A stretch of 64,000 nt of DNA from a virus (taxonomy: Duplodnaviria > Heunggongvirae > Uroviricota > Caudoviricetes), in the IMG/VR virus record IMGVR_UViG_3300032117_000012. One strand, written 5' to 3'. A model generated the notes under the pieces. The model saw nothing but the letters and a program-made list of their open reading frames with translations. It made no database searches and had not been told where the DNA came from. The first letter of the stretch is position 1; each line of letters opens with the position of its first letter. A program made the translations under genes and the position numbers. Of this stretch, positions 18,950 through 29,018 are shown piece after piece.

Positions 18950-19539
18950 TCTTTATAAATCCTTGATCTTACGTCATTTGCCGACATACCTTCCGTATCT
19001 AAAGAATTTAGAAAATTGGCAATATGATCCAATCCTTCATAGAGATAAGGTTTAGGTGTCTTACTAACATTTGCATCATAGATCTTTTTACGTAGACCAG
19101 ACGAACTAAAATGATGATCACGAGAACAATAATGAATCTTAATAGGTAAATTAGCCCCTGTAAAAGTATGATTATGTTTGTAATCAGCACCAAGAAATCT
19201 AACATCAATTGGATACGTTGTCAAGATAGCATATAGATCATCTTCTGTTTCGTATGGAATAATTGTGGCACCTGATGCAAAAATACAACTACTTAATTGT
19301 AACCATCGTTCGAAATATGATTGGATAGGTCTGTTCTTCTCAGGGCGATCTATAGTGGGATCAGTATGCAATCCAATATAGAGGTGGCTACAATTCTCCC
19401 TACATTCCTTAAGCATTAGTAAATGCCCAGCATGTAAAAGATCAAATGAAGAAGCTATGAAACCATTTGTCATGAATTTAAAATCGCTTCTACCAAAAAG
19501 ATAAACCCTACTGTGATCACTATAAGATCCATAGCACAT
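18931..19539 (-). CDS. cytidylyltransferase-like nucleotidyltransferase (TagD / RfaE domain II-like; sugar-phosphate nucleotidyltransferase)
   Basis: SSFDLLHAGHLLMLKE HxGH motif, LHTD, FLGADYK blocks parallel glycerol-3-phosphate cytidylyltransferase. Confidence 0.6.
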   Translation of the reverse strand: MCYGSYSDHSRVYLFGRSDFKFMTNGFIASSFDLLHAGHLLMLKECRENCSHLYIGLHTDPTIDRPEKNRPIQSYFERWLQLSSCIFASGATIIPYETEDDLYAILTTYPIDVRFLGADYKHNHTFTGANLPIKIHYCSRDHHFSSSGLRKKIYDANVSKTPKPYLYEGLDHIANFLNSLDTEGMSANDVRSRIYKECMDPS

Positions 19540-19863
19540 TTAGTGATATAATATGCAATACGAGACACCATAGAAAACCTATGTATTGGATTATTCTTGT
19601 CGAATGTACGGGCTATATCACATACTCCAATCCACAACATTAAAAATGTAAGAATGTAATAAAATATCATCACCATTTGGTTAAAACCTCATATAAACTT
19701 TTTATCATATACTTAATAAGTGCAACAGGCCACCATACAAGTTCCGAAGTGGTCATAAAATTTCCAGCTCCACCAATTACGAGAAACAATCCAATTATAG
19801 GCCATGCTAAAGTCACAAGAAAAATAATCATACTCATATTTTAATTTCCCTTTTATTCACGGT

Positions 19864-20328
19864 CTATTGTGGTGCATGGCGAGTAGTTTGTTTTGCAAGA
19901 AAGAACATAATTCGAGGCATATAATTCGCAGCTTGTTTGAGTAAATTACGTGCCTCACATTCCCATTCCACCGCTTCAGCTAAGATTTCTTTGGTATTGG
20001 TAAGCTTGGCGTTGGTTATATCGAGTAATTCTTTAGCGTATTTTAGGGCAGTTATGCGGTGATCTGCATCTTCTCTGAGAGCTATCACGTTACGTTTAAG
20101 ATGAGCAACCTCATACCGTAGTTCAGTAATCACGGTGGCGGCTCGTCCCTCATATGTTTTATCTGGTGTGGGCCAAGAATATAAATCGGTGCGTCCATCT
20201 AGATTGTCAGTTTGGCGTAGTGACTTCGCTTCGGCCATCATCTTACTAATTTCCGAAGAGGCAATAGCAGATAAGTAAAGTTGTTCCACCAGTGCATTCA
20301 GTTCATCTTCAGGCATTTGGTTAGTCAT
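19864..20328 (-). CDS. hypothetical protein
   Basis: 154-aa ORF. Confidence 0.4.
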   Translation of the reverse strand: MTNQMPEDELNALVEQLYLSAIASSEISKMMAEAKSLRQTDNLDGRTDLYSWPTPDKTYEGRAATVITELRYEVAHLKRNVIALREDADHRITALKYAKELLDITNAKLTNTKEILAEAVEWECEARNLLKQAANYMPRIMFFLAKQTTRHAPQ

Positions 20329-20551
20329 GGTTAGTGTCTCGTTCTACATCGTTACTGAGACGACCAAAAATAAAACCAAGAACCATAGCACTAACGGGAC
20401 CAAAAAATGCATTCCAATTCATTGAATCGCCACACATACCCACGCCAGCAATTGCCATAAAAATTGGTGATATAATCATTGCCACGATAAAATATAATAT
20501 ATTCTTCATATCACTTCCCTTTATTTTGGTTTGTGAGAAAGGCTTTGGCAC
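20321..20551 (-). CDS. small membrane protein
   Basis: 76 aa, two hydrophobic helices. Confidence 0.4.
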   Translation of the reverse strand: MPKPFSQTKIKGSDMKNILYFIVAMIISPIFMAIAGVGMCGDSMNWNAFFGPVSAMVLGFIFGRLSNDVERDTNHD

Positions 20552-20807
20552 GTTTTAAATGATCTGATGATCCGGCAATAACACCTGATGTCAAGCATTC
20601 GATAATGGATACTGCTAATTCCAAAGTTGCTTCAGTATCAGTTAAACGATCCTCGGCTGCGATTCTGTGGCGGGCGAAGGCTTGGACAGGTACTTCATGA
20701 TCCCATTGCCCATCGACTATCCCCTCCCCAGCGCCTTCTGTGTGCGGGAATGTCCAGCGCACTAATGCTCCAGCCGCTTCCCTATCCGCTTGCGTCGCCT
20801 CAATCAT
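20511..20807 (-). CDS. hypothetical protein
   Basis: 98-aa ORF. Confidence 0.35.
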   Translation of the reverse strand: MIEATQADREAAGALVRWTFPHTEGAGEGIVDGQWDHEVPVQAFARHRIAAEDRLTDTEATLELAVSIIECLTSGVIAGSSDHLKRAKAFLTNQNKGK

Positions 20808-21129
20808 GGCTGGTGTCCTGTTCTGCGAGAAAGTCAGAAACTGGCGGTGGTAAATCGCAGGGATCCACCCAATTTCTTAACAGCTGCACCGCCTCCGCCA
20901 GCCGTGCCTTAGTGTCTATCAAATCCTTCAAGTGTGTTGCAGCAGCTTTAGCAGTTGCTTGGTATGCCGTTTTCATATCATTCATTGCAGACAACATACG
21001 GAATTTTTCTTCTTTCAATTCAGCGAGTTCTTTATCTAGAATATCTAGTTCTTTAACTAGAGCATCCCGCTCATCCCGCATTTCACACCAAGTCTTGTCA
21101 TCATCATGTATCATCATAAAACCTTTCAC
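20800..21129 (-). CDS. hypothetical coiled-coil protein
   Basis: 109 aa, heptad-like K/E/L pattern. Confidence 0.4.
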   Translation of the reverse strand: MKGFMMIHDDDKTWCEMRDERDALVKELDILDKELAELKEEKFRMLSAMNDMKTAYQATAKAAATHLKDLIDTKARLAEAVQLLRNWVDPCDLPPPVSDFLAEQDTSHD

Positions 21130-21180
21130 TTAATTTATGTCTCTAAACGCATAAAATAAGTTTATGCTATAAAGGACATA

Positions 21181-21639
21181 TTATGGATTCATCCATTTTT
21201 CTTTAAGTGCCATCGCATCCCACCACGCATTATGGCGAACAGCATTTTCAAGTTTACTTGGATATGAGTCCACCCTTACCATACGAAAGGTGAGGTTGTC
21301 AAGCCCTACCATCATACCCGGTCCAGTAATTAAACATTCATTAAAATATTTAATATCATCTGGCCAATCTGCAATTATAACCGGATCACGATCATTTCCG
21401 ATAAGGGTTTTAATCTTTCTACCAATATCGGCTGTATTATCACATTTATATGCCATACCGGGAAGAGGACTTGGAATATCCCATAGAATGGGAAGAACAT
21501 TATCCTTTACCCATTGTTCACATTTCTTTTTCGATACAGGAGCTACACAATAAATGCTTTCACCATCCTGCCTGACCAATGCAAGAGAGATTAATTCTCC
21601 GCCGAATCCATTAAATTCACAATCTAAAAAATAAATCAT
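21181..21639 (-). CDS. DEDD-type 3'-5' exonuclease-like protein (tentative)
   Basis: N-terminal FLDCEFNGFGGELISLALV resembles Exo I motif (D-x-E) of DnaQ-like exonucleases. Confidence 0.4.
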   Translation of the reverse strand: MIYFLDCEFNGFGGELISLALVRQDGESIYCVAPVSKKKCEQWVKDNVLPILWDIPSPLPGMAYKCDNTADIGRKIKTLIGNDRDPVIIADWPDDIKYFNECLITGPGMMVGLDNLTFRMVRVDSYPSKLENAVRHNAWWDAMALKEKWMNP

Positions 21640-21872
21640 ACCAATTCTTCTCTATAAAAAGTATGACCATATCCATCTACAGTTATACCATATAATTTTT
21701 CATACCAATCTGGGATATACCGTTTAGGAGCTTTAGCAAAGAAGTCTTTAAATGCATCCAACCATACTTTCCGATCTTTCAAATCAGCACTATACGATAG
21801 GGTAAACAAAGATTGATTTGGTATCAATTCCATATCATCTGTTAAAACAGTAAATCTTGTAGGCATGCTCAT
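21636..21872 (-). CDS. hypothetical protein
   Basis: 78-aa ORF with start/stop overlap. Confidence 0.35.
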   Translation of the reverse strand: MSMPTRFTVLTDDMELIPNQSLFTLSYSADLKDRKVWLDAFKDFFAKAPKRYIPDWYEKLYGITVDGYGHTFYREELV

Positions 21873-21884
21873 AATATAAACCTT

Positions 21885-22256
21885 TTATCTTGGTGCTCTT
21901 CGCTCTATAACATGATGAATAAATTTCTCAGGAGAAAAATATTTCTCAAATATGGCCAATACTAACATAGGATCATATGGTTTGCAAGAAAAAATATCAA
22001 CATAGGCAGAATTGCCGTCAGACGGGCAAAAATGTGCCGATATATTAGAGTCTTGTAAAAGCTGATAAATGGAGAATCCAACCTTATTAGGATCGTTGGT
22101 TTCACACCATACGATTTGAAGATCCCCAATTTTAATCATTTCGATACGTTCAAGAAGTTCATCTATAAACTTTTGAAATGTTATCTTACAATTAATAGCA
22201 TCTGAATTACAATTAGATGCATCGATGGCAGTCAACCATCCCCAAGGTTCTTCCAT
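21885..22256 (-). CDS. hypothetical protein
   Basis: 123-aa ORF. Confidence 0.4.
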   Translation of the reverse strand: MEEPWGWLTAIDASNCNSDAINCKITFQKFIDELLERIEMIKIGDLQIVWCETNDPNKVGFSIYQLLQDSNISAHFCPSDGNSAYVDIFSCKPYDPMLVLAIFEKYFSPEKFIHHVIERRAPR

Positions 22257-22562
22257 TTTGTTCTCCGTTTAAAAAGTAAAGAATCTATTTATCAAACGGA
22301 GAACAAAACGATTACCAATCTAGGTCATCTTCCTCCATAAGTGCTTCTATATTTCTAGTGTGTAGAGCATTCCGTATCTTTTTTTCTTTTCGATGGGAAT
22401 TACGATCAAAGATATCTCGCCTAAAATCTCGAACATCATCATATTCATGACTTTTACGCATATCATCTTGGCTCTTAGACATTGAAATTAAAACCTCTTC
22501 TCAATAAACACAGATTCTTTACTCCTATTTTACTCTGGTGTCAAGGGTATATTCATTCCCTA

Positions 22563-23204
22563 TTACCCAACCTTCTCCGATTGGTGTGAATTCTTCACAT
22601 GTTTCGCTAGTGGGCCGGGTAAAAAATTCCCGTCCTCTGCGGATGATATGCAACCAAAAGGGCATGGCTTTGCTTTGCTTCTGTCCTTTTTTTCGTCCTT
22701 TCCCGATACCACAATCTGTGAAGATTGAAGATCTAAAACATCATCTGTTTTTGTAACATTATGCTGATTCAAATCTGGCAATAATCCGGGAAATGTGTTA
22801 TGAACCAAATCATATGTGATATTCTTATAAGGACATCTTTTCTCTTTCATAGCAAGAACAAGTTCTGCATCGTCTGGATCAAGAGCCTCTAGTAGCTGTA
22901 CAAACATAGTTTGACGTTTAAGATCTGGAATATTGTCAGCCTGTCCTTTGATGAATAGATAAAGGGTTCTAGACTCCCTGTAAAGACTTCCTTCACTATC
23001 AGCAGCCTTTGGCATCTTTTTAAAGTTAGGTGCGCCTTCAGGAAGGTTAAATACTACGTCAGGGTGAAACATATACATCAAAATTTGTACGAGTGGTTTA
23101 ATGCTTGCACATGTACCCAATGCATCTTGGCGTTGTTTAGGATCTTTAATTCCAGAAATAATCTTGAGAATTTCAGAAATCCCCTGTCTACGCTGTTCAG
23201 TCAT
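22563..23204 (-). CDS. hypothetical protein
   Basis: 213-aa ORF; Cys/His pairs near C-terminus. Confidence 0.4.
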   Translation of the reverse strand: MTEQRRQGISEILKIISGIKDPKQRQDALGTCASIKPLVQILMYMFHPDVVFNLPEGAPNFKKMPKAADSEGSLYRESRTLYLFIKGQADNIPDLKRQTMFVQLLEALDPDDAELVLAMKEKRCPYKNITYDLVHNTFPGLLPDLNQHNVTKTDDVLDLQSSQIVVSGKDEKKDRSKAKPCPFGCISSAEDGNFLPGPLAKHVKNSHQSEKVG

Positions 23205-23385
23205 ATTATCATTCGCCTTTTATAATTGTCTTAAATTGTGAAACACTATCAAGAAACATCAATTGTTTCTTATGTGGAAGATCATAGAAGTTCTTCTTAT
23301 TATATAGGAGGCGATAAAATTGAGATGCTTGGGATATTTCTTCACTTGTATACATATCGAGATTCTACCTATTCATAAATTTTGT

Positions 23386-24111
23386 TCAAATCAATGCGTT
23401 GTTACGAACATCATCAAACAGCTGGTCACGCAATAGTTCACCATCTGAATACACATCTTGCAAAACATCATCTTCTGCATACATCTCATATTTAACGGGA
23501 TGGCTCTCCGTGGTATAAGTAAAAAACTTACTATCCCAATATGGGGTATGCTTAAGAATCATTCGACCCTTCTTAGACCTTTTACCAGAATCAGTAAGAG
23601 GATCCTTATACACGTCAATCCATTCACCGTTGATAAATGCCGCCGAACACTTCATTGCAAACTTTTGATCGTCACGATTAACAATCTGTAGAAGAGCGCC
23701 GCCTTGGCCGAATGCCACATTATCAGCACTATAACCAATAGCAATAATAGCATTCAGAATTTCTTTGATAGTGTCAATAGTAATACCATCGCCTTGAATT
23801 ACACGAACATTGTTGAGAACCTTATATCCTTTATCATTAATAGCATGCCCAAAATGATAATCAAGGATTCGGATGCAGCTTTCTACCACTGTTGCTGGAT
23901 CGCCACTATCTGGGCGGATAACGGTAAACCCACCAAGTTCTCCGTTCAAGATAATCTTCTGTTTAATTTCAGGATCAGTTCCTAGGAGTTCGCAAAACTC
24001 AAAAATATTATAAGTATCTCCTACTATTGCAAAAGTCTTACCACCGGTGCCAAAATTGTCAATCATCGTGTTAATGTAGGTTCGTTCACTCATTTTATAT
24101 TTCCTTTCCAA
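23386..24111 (-). CDS. nadV: nicotinamide phosphoribosyltransferase (NAMPT/NadV), C-terminal fragment translated from its own ATG
   Basis: IRPDSGDP, VIQGDGI, RSKKGRM blocks align to NAMPT C-terminal half. Confidence 0.8.
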   Translation of the reverse strand: MERKYKMSERTYINTMIDNFGTGGKTFAIVGDTYNIFEFCELLGTDPEIKQKIILNGELGGFTVIRPDSGDPATVVESCIRILDYHFGHAINDKGYKVLNNVRVIQGDGITIDTIKEILNAIIAIGYSADNVAFGQGGALLQIVNRDDQKFAMKCSAAFINGEWIDVYKDPLTDSGKRSKKGRMILKHTPYWDSKFFTYTTESHPVKYEMYAEDDVLQDVYSDGELLRDQLFDDVRNNALI

Positions 24112-25199
24112 TCAACTAGTTTAAAAGAGCATCCATTAAACTTAGCGTTTCTTTTTGAATAACTATTATATGTGCCTTCTTTGATGGCTATGTTCCATAC
24201 CCCTTCAGTGCATCTATGTTCTCTCAAAAATGAACCTTTATTACCACAAAAGGTAAACAAAAGATTGTCTACCGGGGAATAGCATTCTATTTTCTTGTCA
24301 GTAGCCTTCATGTGAATACTAGGATCATACTCATCGCAGTTGATATTCACAAACTTATTCAGTTCTTTAATAAAGACTGTGACCATCCCCTTTGTTGTTC
24401 CATGATCAGGTTTCCTATTTTCTTTGGACGCCAGTGTTGAGTATCTATCCTTATTATGGTAATATTCTTCGGTTGTTACATGACATATTTTATCAGTGAA
24501 GGAGTCTTTTACAGTAACCTTACCTGCATGAATGCCATTAAGTTCATGATTGTCTTCTGTAGTTGCATATCTTCGCATTCCAGCATCATCTATTACTTTC
24601 CCTCCAAACACCTTAACATGAACACTAGGATCAAACATGCTAACTGGCATGGAACTTGTTTCTCCTGTTTCAATAACTCGTACACTAACTTTGCCAGACG
24701 ATGCGGTGCGATATAGATGTTTATTGTTTCGGTATTCCTCTACGGAAACTCTACAAACACCACCAGATGATATTTTTATAACCCGAACACTGTTGCTAGT
24801 AGGATAAGCATGAATAGTAGAATCAAACTCATCTTTTGGAATCCTGAAATAAGTTGAATCTTCTAGCAATCTAACAACAACCGTATTTTTAGTATTCCAC
24901 CCTCTGCCTCCGGATATTATATTATAAGTATCTACCCTTTTCACGAAATCTTCATTTACAAGTTCCGCTTCTTTGTTATTCATCTCATCAAACGAATCAT
25001 ACATGTATAATATGCGTCTGCTAAACGCATGAACACCGTATTTTAACAAGGCATTAGTAAAACGAGTCCCGGAACCAAGATATCCATCATCAATGTTGGT
25101 AGTAGAATGCTGTCCAACATATATCATACCATTGATAGTATTTGTAGTTTCGTATATAATATAAAACATTTTTAAGTATGCTCCATTGCAGTAACACAC
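24090..25199 (-). CDS. GIY-YIG homing endonuclease inserted inside the NAMPT gene
   Basis: N-terminal IYETTNTINGMIYVGQHS...GYLGSGT GIY-YIG module; sits between the two NAMPT halves with a 4-nt gap and an overlap. Confidence 0.75.
   Translation of the reverse strand: MCYCNGAYLKMFYIIYETTNTINGMIYVGQHSTTNIDDGYLGSGTRFTNALLKYGVHAFSRRILYMYDSFDEMNNKEAELVNEDFVKRVDTYNIISGGRGWNTKNTVVVRLLEDSTYFRIPKDEFDSTIHAYPTSNSVRVIKISSGGVCRVSVEEYRNNKHLYRTASSGKVSVRVIETGETSSMPVSMFDPSVHVKVFGGKVIDDAGMRRYATTEDNHELNGIHAGKVTVKDSFTDKICHVTTEEYYHNKDRYSTLASKENRKPDHGTTKGMVTVFIKELNKFVNINCDEYDPSIHMKATDKKIECYSPVDNLLFTFCGNKGSFLREHRCTEGVWNIAIKEGTYNSYSKRNAKFNGCSFKLVDWKGNIK
24090..25199 (-). mobile_element. freestanding homing endonuclease gene insertion splitting nadV
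   Basis: see CDS; no room for a group I intron core at either junction. Confidence 0.6.
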
Positions 25200-25203
25200 T
25201 TAT

Positions 25204-25908
25204 TTAGTCCTTTTGGTGACTTGCACTTATAGAATGTTCGCTAGCAGGAATACTAAAACCAGCCATATCAGCACCATAATACCGACGAGCATACAAAAGA
25301 GCTTCGATAGTGTCAGTACCCATGAAGTTGATAAGATGGGCAGATCCGCCAATTCCAGCAGATTCCAAACTAGATACGCCACGAGCGCCGAAATCGTGCA
25401 ATTTAAAATTAATATCAGCGGGTGTGCCAGTATGTTCAAGAGCATCCAAAATCACCTTCTTAATTTCACGACTATTGGTTGCTACTGTTGTAGGATACCA
25501 AATCGAACGAAGAATAGCAGTTTCAAGAAAACTTGTCAACCAATAACATTTTGGATCTGTGTTGATGATAGTCGCCAACACATTACGAACAGGAATAACC
25601 ATTCCCTCTGGAACTGCCTTAATATGAACAGGAAGGCAACCATTATGAGCATGAAGAATATATTCCCATCCTTCACGGTTAAATGGTTCACCATGGGCAG
25701 TAATAATGGCCTCAGCTTCATCAATCATGTCTTGGGTAATAGGTGCAAGCAAGTATTCCTTGATAAATGCTTGGAGGCCAAAAAATACGGTTTCATCATA
25801 CTTTCCACCCCTACTCTCGATATAACTGTAGATATATTCGGTGTTAGGAGGATATTGATTGAACTGGCTGTACTTATACGAATCTGCGTTAAGAATAATA
25901 TTTTTCAT
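25204..25908 (-). CDS. nadV: nicotinamide phosphoribosyltransferase (NAMPT/NadV), N-terminal fragment
   Basis: ADSYKYSQ, HDFGARGVSS, PASEHSISA blocks align to NAMPT N-terminal half; ends ...SHQKD where homologues continue. Confidence 0.8.
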   Translation of the reverse strand: MKNIILNADSYKYSQFNQYPPNTEYIYSYIESRGGKYDETVFFGLQAFIKEYLLAPITQDMIDEAEAIITAHGEPFNREGWEYILHAHNGCLPVHIKAVPEGMVIPVRNVLATIINTDPKCYWLTSFLETAILRSIWYPTTVATNSREIKKVILDALEHTGTPADINFKLHDFGARGVSSLESAGIGGSAHLINFMGTDTIEALLYARRYYGADMAGFSIPASEHSISASHQKD

Positions 25909-25961
25909 AGTAGCAAAACTCCTTTGCTTGTTAATGATCTTGGTCTGTCCTAGATCAGTCG

Positions 25962-26276
25962 TTATTTAGGCGAAAACTTAAAAACCGCATCATAATTTTC
26001 ATTCCATCCGGGAGAATCATATACTACAGTCCAACCCTGTTGTCTATAAATTTCTTCAATATCAAGATAATTATTTTCGAATATTTCTACTCGTGTCATC
26101 CCAGATTTAATGAGCTTTTCTATAATTGTATTTTGAGAAATTGTAAATGGTCTATTATTAAATTCCTTAACAATTAACTCATTAACAGTTTCGATAACAA
26201 TTTGAGGAATATAATGGACTTTACTAGATAAAGCTTCTTTTGGTGAAATAGGAAGTATATGTCTAGATGTTACCAT
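25962..26276 (-). CDS. hypothetical protein
   Basis: 104-aa ORF between nadV and macrodomain gene. Confidence 0.4.
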   Translation of the reverse strand: MVTSRHILPISPKEALSSKVHYIPQIVIETVNELIVKEFNNRPFTISQNTIIEKLIKSGMTRVEIFENNYLDIEEIYRQQGWTVVYDSPGWNENYDAVFKFSPK

Positions 26277-26758
26277 TATTCAAACTCCACTAAAGTTACC
26301 GAGCCTCCTTGCTCTGTTATCACCTTAGCAAAATCTTCTAGCATAGTCAAGATACGATTTTTATCTCCACCAGCAAGACCCATTCCGATATAAGGAAATC
26401 CAAATCTAGCTTTACTAAGTGTAGTAAGCTTCTTTAGAATAAGATAGAAGCTCTCATACTCGAAATGATCAATGCCACGAGGCGTATAGTGGACCTGAGT
26501 GTATGCATTGATCACGATGAAATTAAAAGTTGTATACGAGCTAAAGTTGCCAAGCTTAGCGACAGGATTCTTCCACTGTTGAGATGCCAAACAATCAGCA
26601 TCATATGCACCCGGATATCTTGCACGAATTTCCTTGGCAATGCCCCCTGCCATTGTGTTTTGACAGTTGCAACCATGTACGATAACATCAAACTCACCTT
26701 GTTCGGCAAGATCAATAAGGTTTCCTTTGGTATGTTTAAGCATTGTTCTGACTTTCAA
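26276..26758 (-). CDS. macrodomain protein (ADP-ribose binding/processing)
   Basis: GEFDVIVHGCNCQNTMAGGIAKEI is the macro-domain signature block. Confidence 0.7.
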   Translation of the reverse strand: MKVRTMLKHTKGNLIDLAEQGEFDVIVHGCNCQNTMAGGIAKEIRARYPGAYDADCLASQQWKNPVAKLGNFSSYTTFNFIVINAYTQVHYTPRGIDHFEYESFYLILKKLTTLSKARFGFPYIGMGLAGGDKNRILTMLEDFAKVITEQGGSVTLVEFE

Positions 26759-26975
26759 TTTTTCGAATTTTCGGCTTCATATTTTCATAAATTATATGAC
26801 GACAAGCGGCTAATGAAAATGGGTTGTAAGGAACAAAACATCCTCCTGAACCATCATCATTCAGCGACCATCTAGAACAAAATTCTATACAATCACATTC
26901 AACACGATCTGTTGTTTTATCATTTATCATAAAATTTATCCCAAATTGCGTTTCGGAATCGAATATGGTGGTAAA

Positions 26976-27281
26976 TTATATTCGATTCCGAACCTCATCA
27001 TCCCATTTGCAAAAGGTTTTGTATTTCTTAGTAGACTGTTCTACAATTGCGATCGATTGAGAAAAATTGAAATTATTGGCGACAAAGTAATTCAAAGCAG
27101 CGTATACGTCACCGATTTCTTCGATAAACTTTTCATTAAGATCGCCAGACCAATGATCAGTCTTGCCTTCAGATCCAATCAGCTTTCCGCAAACTTGTTG
27201 CAGTTCACCCAATTCTTCGATCAGCTTGGACAACCCGTTCCATTCGCTTGATCCTATACAATATGGTTTAGTCATGGCCAA
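26976..27281 (-). CDS. MazG-like nucleotide pyrophosphohydrolase (small all-alpha NTP-PPase)
   Basis: LIEELGEL and EEIGDVYAAL EExxE/D metal-binding motifs. Confidence 0.5.
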   Translation of the reverse strand: MAMTKPYCIGSSEWNGLSKLIEELGELQQVCGKLIGSEGKTDHWSGDLNEKFIEEIGDVYAALNYFVANNFNFSQSIAIVEQSTKKYKTFCKWDDEVRNRI

Positions 27282-27616
27282 TCCTGCGCTTTCTTACGTT
27301 CAAATTCACGTAGCATTTTAGCATTTTTTTGTTTTAAACGAATGCTTCTTTCATATTCTTTATCCATATTAATAAAAAATTTCTTTTCCTCACATGTTAG
27401 ATCTATGTTGAATAGAGTATCTCTATCTGCTAAAATTGCGCCTCTCGTCAATGTTACAGTTTTCCAGAAGAATCCATAAACACAAACACGCCAATTATCG
27501 TTTATATTACGAATTCTATCTTTATTGACATAATAGCTCGTTTCATGCCAATTATCCCATAAGATATCATATCCCTCATTTTTAATTTGGTTTATAACAA
27601 ATTGTGCAAATCTCAT
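27272..27616 (-). CDS. hypothetical protein
   Basis: 114-aa ORF. Confidence 0.4.
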   Translation of the reverse strand: MRFAQFVINQIKNEGYDILWDNWHETSYYVNKDRIRNINDNWRVCVYGFFWKTVTLTRGAILADRDTLFNIDLTCEEKKFFINMDKEYERSIRLKQKNAKMLREFERKKAQDWP

Positions 27617-27871
27617 TTTTCTATCCTTTATTCACATATCTAATTCAAGCTAAACCAAAGATATCTGTTGGTATACTCGTTATAGATATCAATGCCTTCC
27701 TTTAACTTATATAATGTAAGTCTTTTATCTGGAAGCTTACGAGTTATAATAGCTTTAAGTTTAAAATAATCTAAATCTGACATTACTCGACCTTATCTAA
27801 TATATCAAGAATTTCTTTTTCAGTTGCCTCATCATCATTATAATCTTCGTTAATAAACTTAACTGGATCAC

Positions 27872-28108
27872 CTATCTTAAATTTATTAATTTGTTCTTGT
27901 AGAAAAGTATATATATCAATGGTGATAAAATATCACTAGAACCATAATAATTACTTTTCTGTAATATCTTTTTACGTAAATCACATGTAGTATAAGCTTC
28001 TATTTTATCTCTTACATTTCTAGTCTCATTATAAAATTCTACCATCAATTTTTCAGTATTAGAATCTATTAATACTTTGAATAACTTATCTTGGAACTTA
28101 ATATACAT
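27872..28108 (-). CDS. hypothetical protein
   Basis: 78-aa ORF. Confidence 0.3.
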   Translation of the reverse strand: MYIKFQDKLFKVLIDSNTEKLMVEFYNETRNVRDKIEAYTTCDLRKKILQKSNYYGSSDILSPLIYILFYKNKLINLR

Positions 28109-28168
28109 AATTAATCACCTTAATAATTTACTTCATAAATACATTAACTAATCTTTAATTTATAACGA

Positions 28169-28480
28169 TCAGTTAGACTTTTCAGTTAAACTGCAAACTG
28201 AATCAATATTGTCTGTTTCAATAAGCTGCCATCCATTATATGCATTCCAAATAGCAAATCTTCCATCAAACTGTCCTCCATGTAATTTTTGTATTTTCGT
28301 ATCTCCACAAATTTTAACTATTGTGGAAGATACAGGTAACTTATATTGTTCTTCCACAGTTTCATTTTCATTTCCAGCTAGATTACGATATGGGGGATTG
28401 CCGATGTAATACCCAGAAGAGGCGTCATCATCACAACCAGAAAGAGTTAAACATATTAATATCATAATAAAGTATTTCAT
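28169..28480 (-). CDS. lipoprotein
   Basis: MKYFIMILICLTLSGC lipobox. Confidence 0.5.
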   Translation of the reverse strand: MKYFIMILICLTLSGCDDDASSGYYIGNPPYRNLAGNENETVEEQYKLPVSSTIVKICGDTKIQKLHGGQFDGRFAIWNAYNGWQLIETDNIDSVCSLTEKSN

Positions 28481-28529
28481 AACTAATTCCTTAATAATTT
28501 ACTACTGCTTGTCCAATTTTTAAATTTAT

Positions 28530-29015
28530 TCATGGCAATGTTTCCGGGTAATAATGTGTTTCAACCACATTTTTGCATCTATCACATAAGCCAGTTTCAT
28601 TGTCAACAATTTTATATCGTTTCCAACACCTAGGGCATTTTAGATCTAAATTTATAAAATGTAATGCGCCGAGTTTAACTTCGCCACAATTAGCAATATT
28701 ACAATCGGAAGGAAAGATTCCTGATGGTATACAGACGATATCTTCAATACTAGCTCCTCTGCCTACAATATCAGACAGTTCGCCAGATTGATTATCCATA
28801 TCGAGCATAATAGCTACATCAAACATATTGGTATAAAATATCCATCCAATATCTTCAGCCTTTGTAATTTTATTTTGCTTTCTGATATTCATGTCTAATT
28901 TGCTCGCTGCGTTATCAATTAAATCTCGCAATATTTTCTTCACATCAAATTCATGAAATTCAATATCTTGATGTTTGTCCATCAAATTAGTATCAGTGTC
29001 AAAAAGTAGACGCAT
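28530..29015 (-). CDS. hypothetical protein with C-terminal zinc-ribbon (CPRC...CDRC)
   Basis: 161-aa ORF, paired CxxC. Confidence 0.45.
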   Translation of the reverse strand: MRLLFDTDTNLMDKHQDIEFHEFDVKKILRDLIDNAASKLDMNIRKQNKITKAEDIGWIFYTNMFDVAIMLDMDNQSGELSDIVGRGASIEDIVCIPSGIFPSDCNIANCGEVKLGALHFINLDLKCPRCWKRYKIVDNETGLCDRCKNVVETHYYPETLP

Positions 29016-29018
29016 ATA

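Noticed and set aside
20627-21133. 168-aa plus-strand ORF
   Set aside because: Antisense overlap with two minus-strand genes in a uniformly minus-strand block; Ser/Arg/Leu-rich low-complexity translation typical of antisense frames
23386-25908. Group I intron or intein interrupting NAMPT
   Set aside because: Only 4 nt separate the N-fragment stop from the HEG start, and the HEG end overlaps the C-fragment ATG, leaving no room for an intron ribozyme core. The HEG is in a different frame and is GIY-YIG, not a LAGLIDADG/HINT intein
25213-25953. 246-aa plus-strand ORF
   Set aside because: Antisense to the NAMPT N-terminal fragment, which has strong homology support; composition atypical
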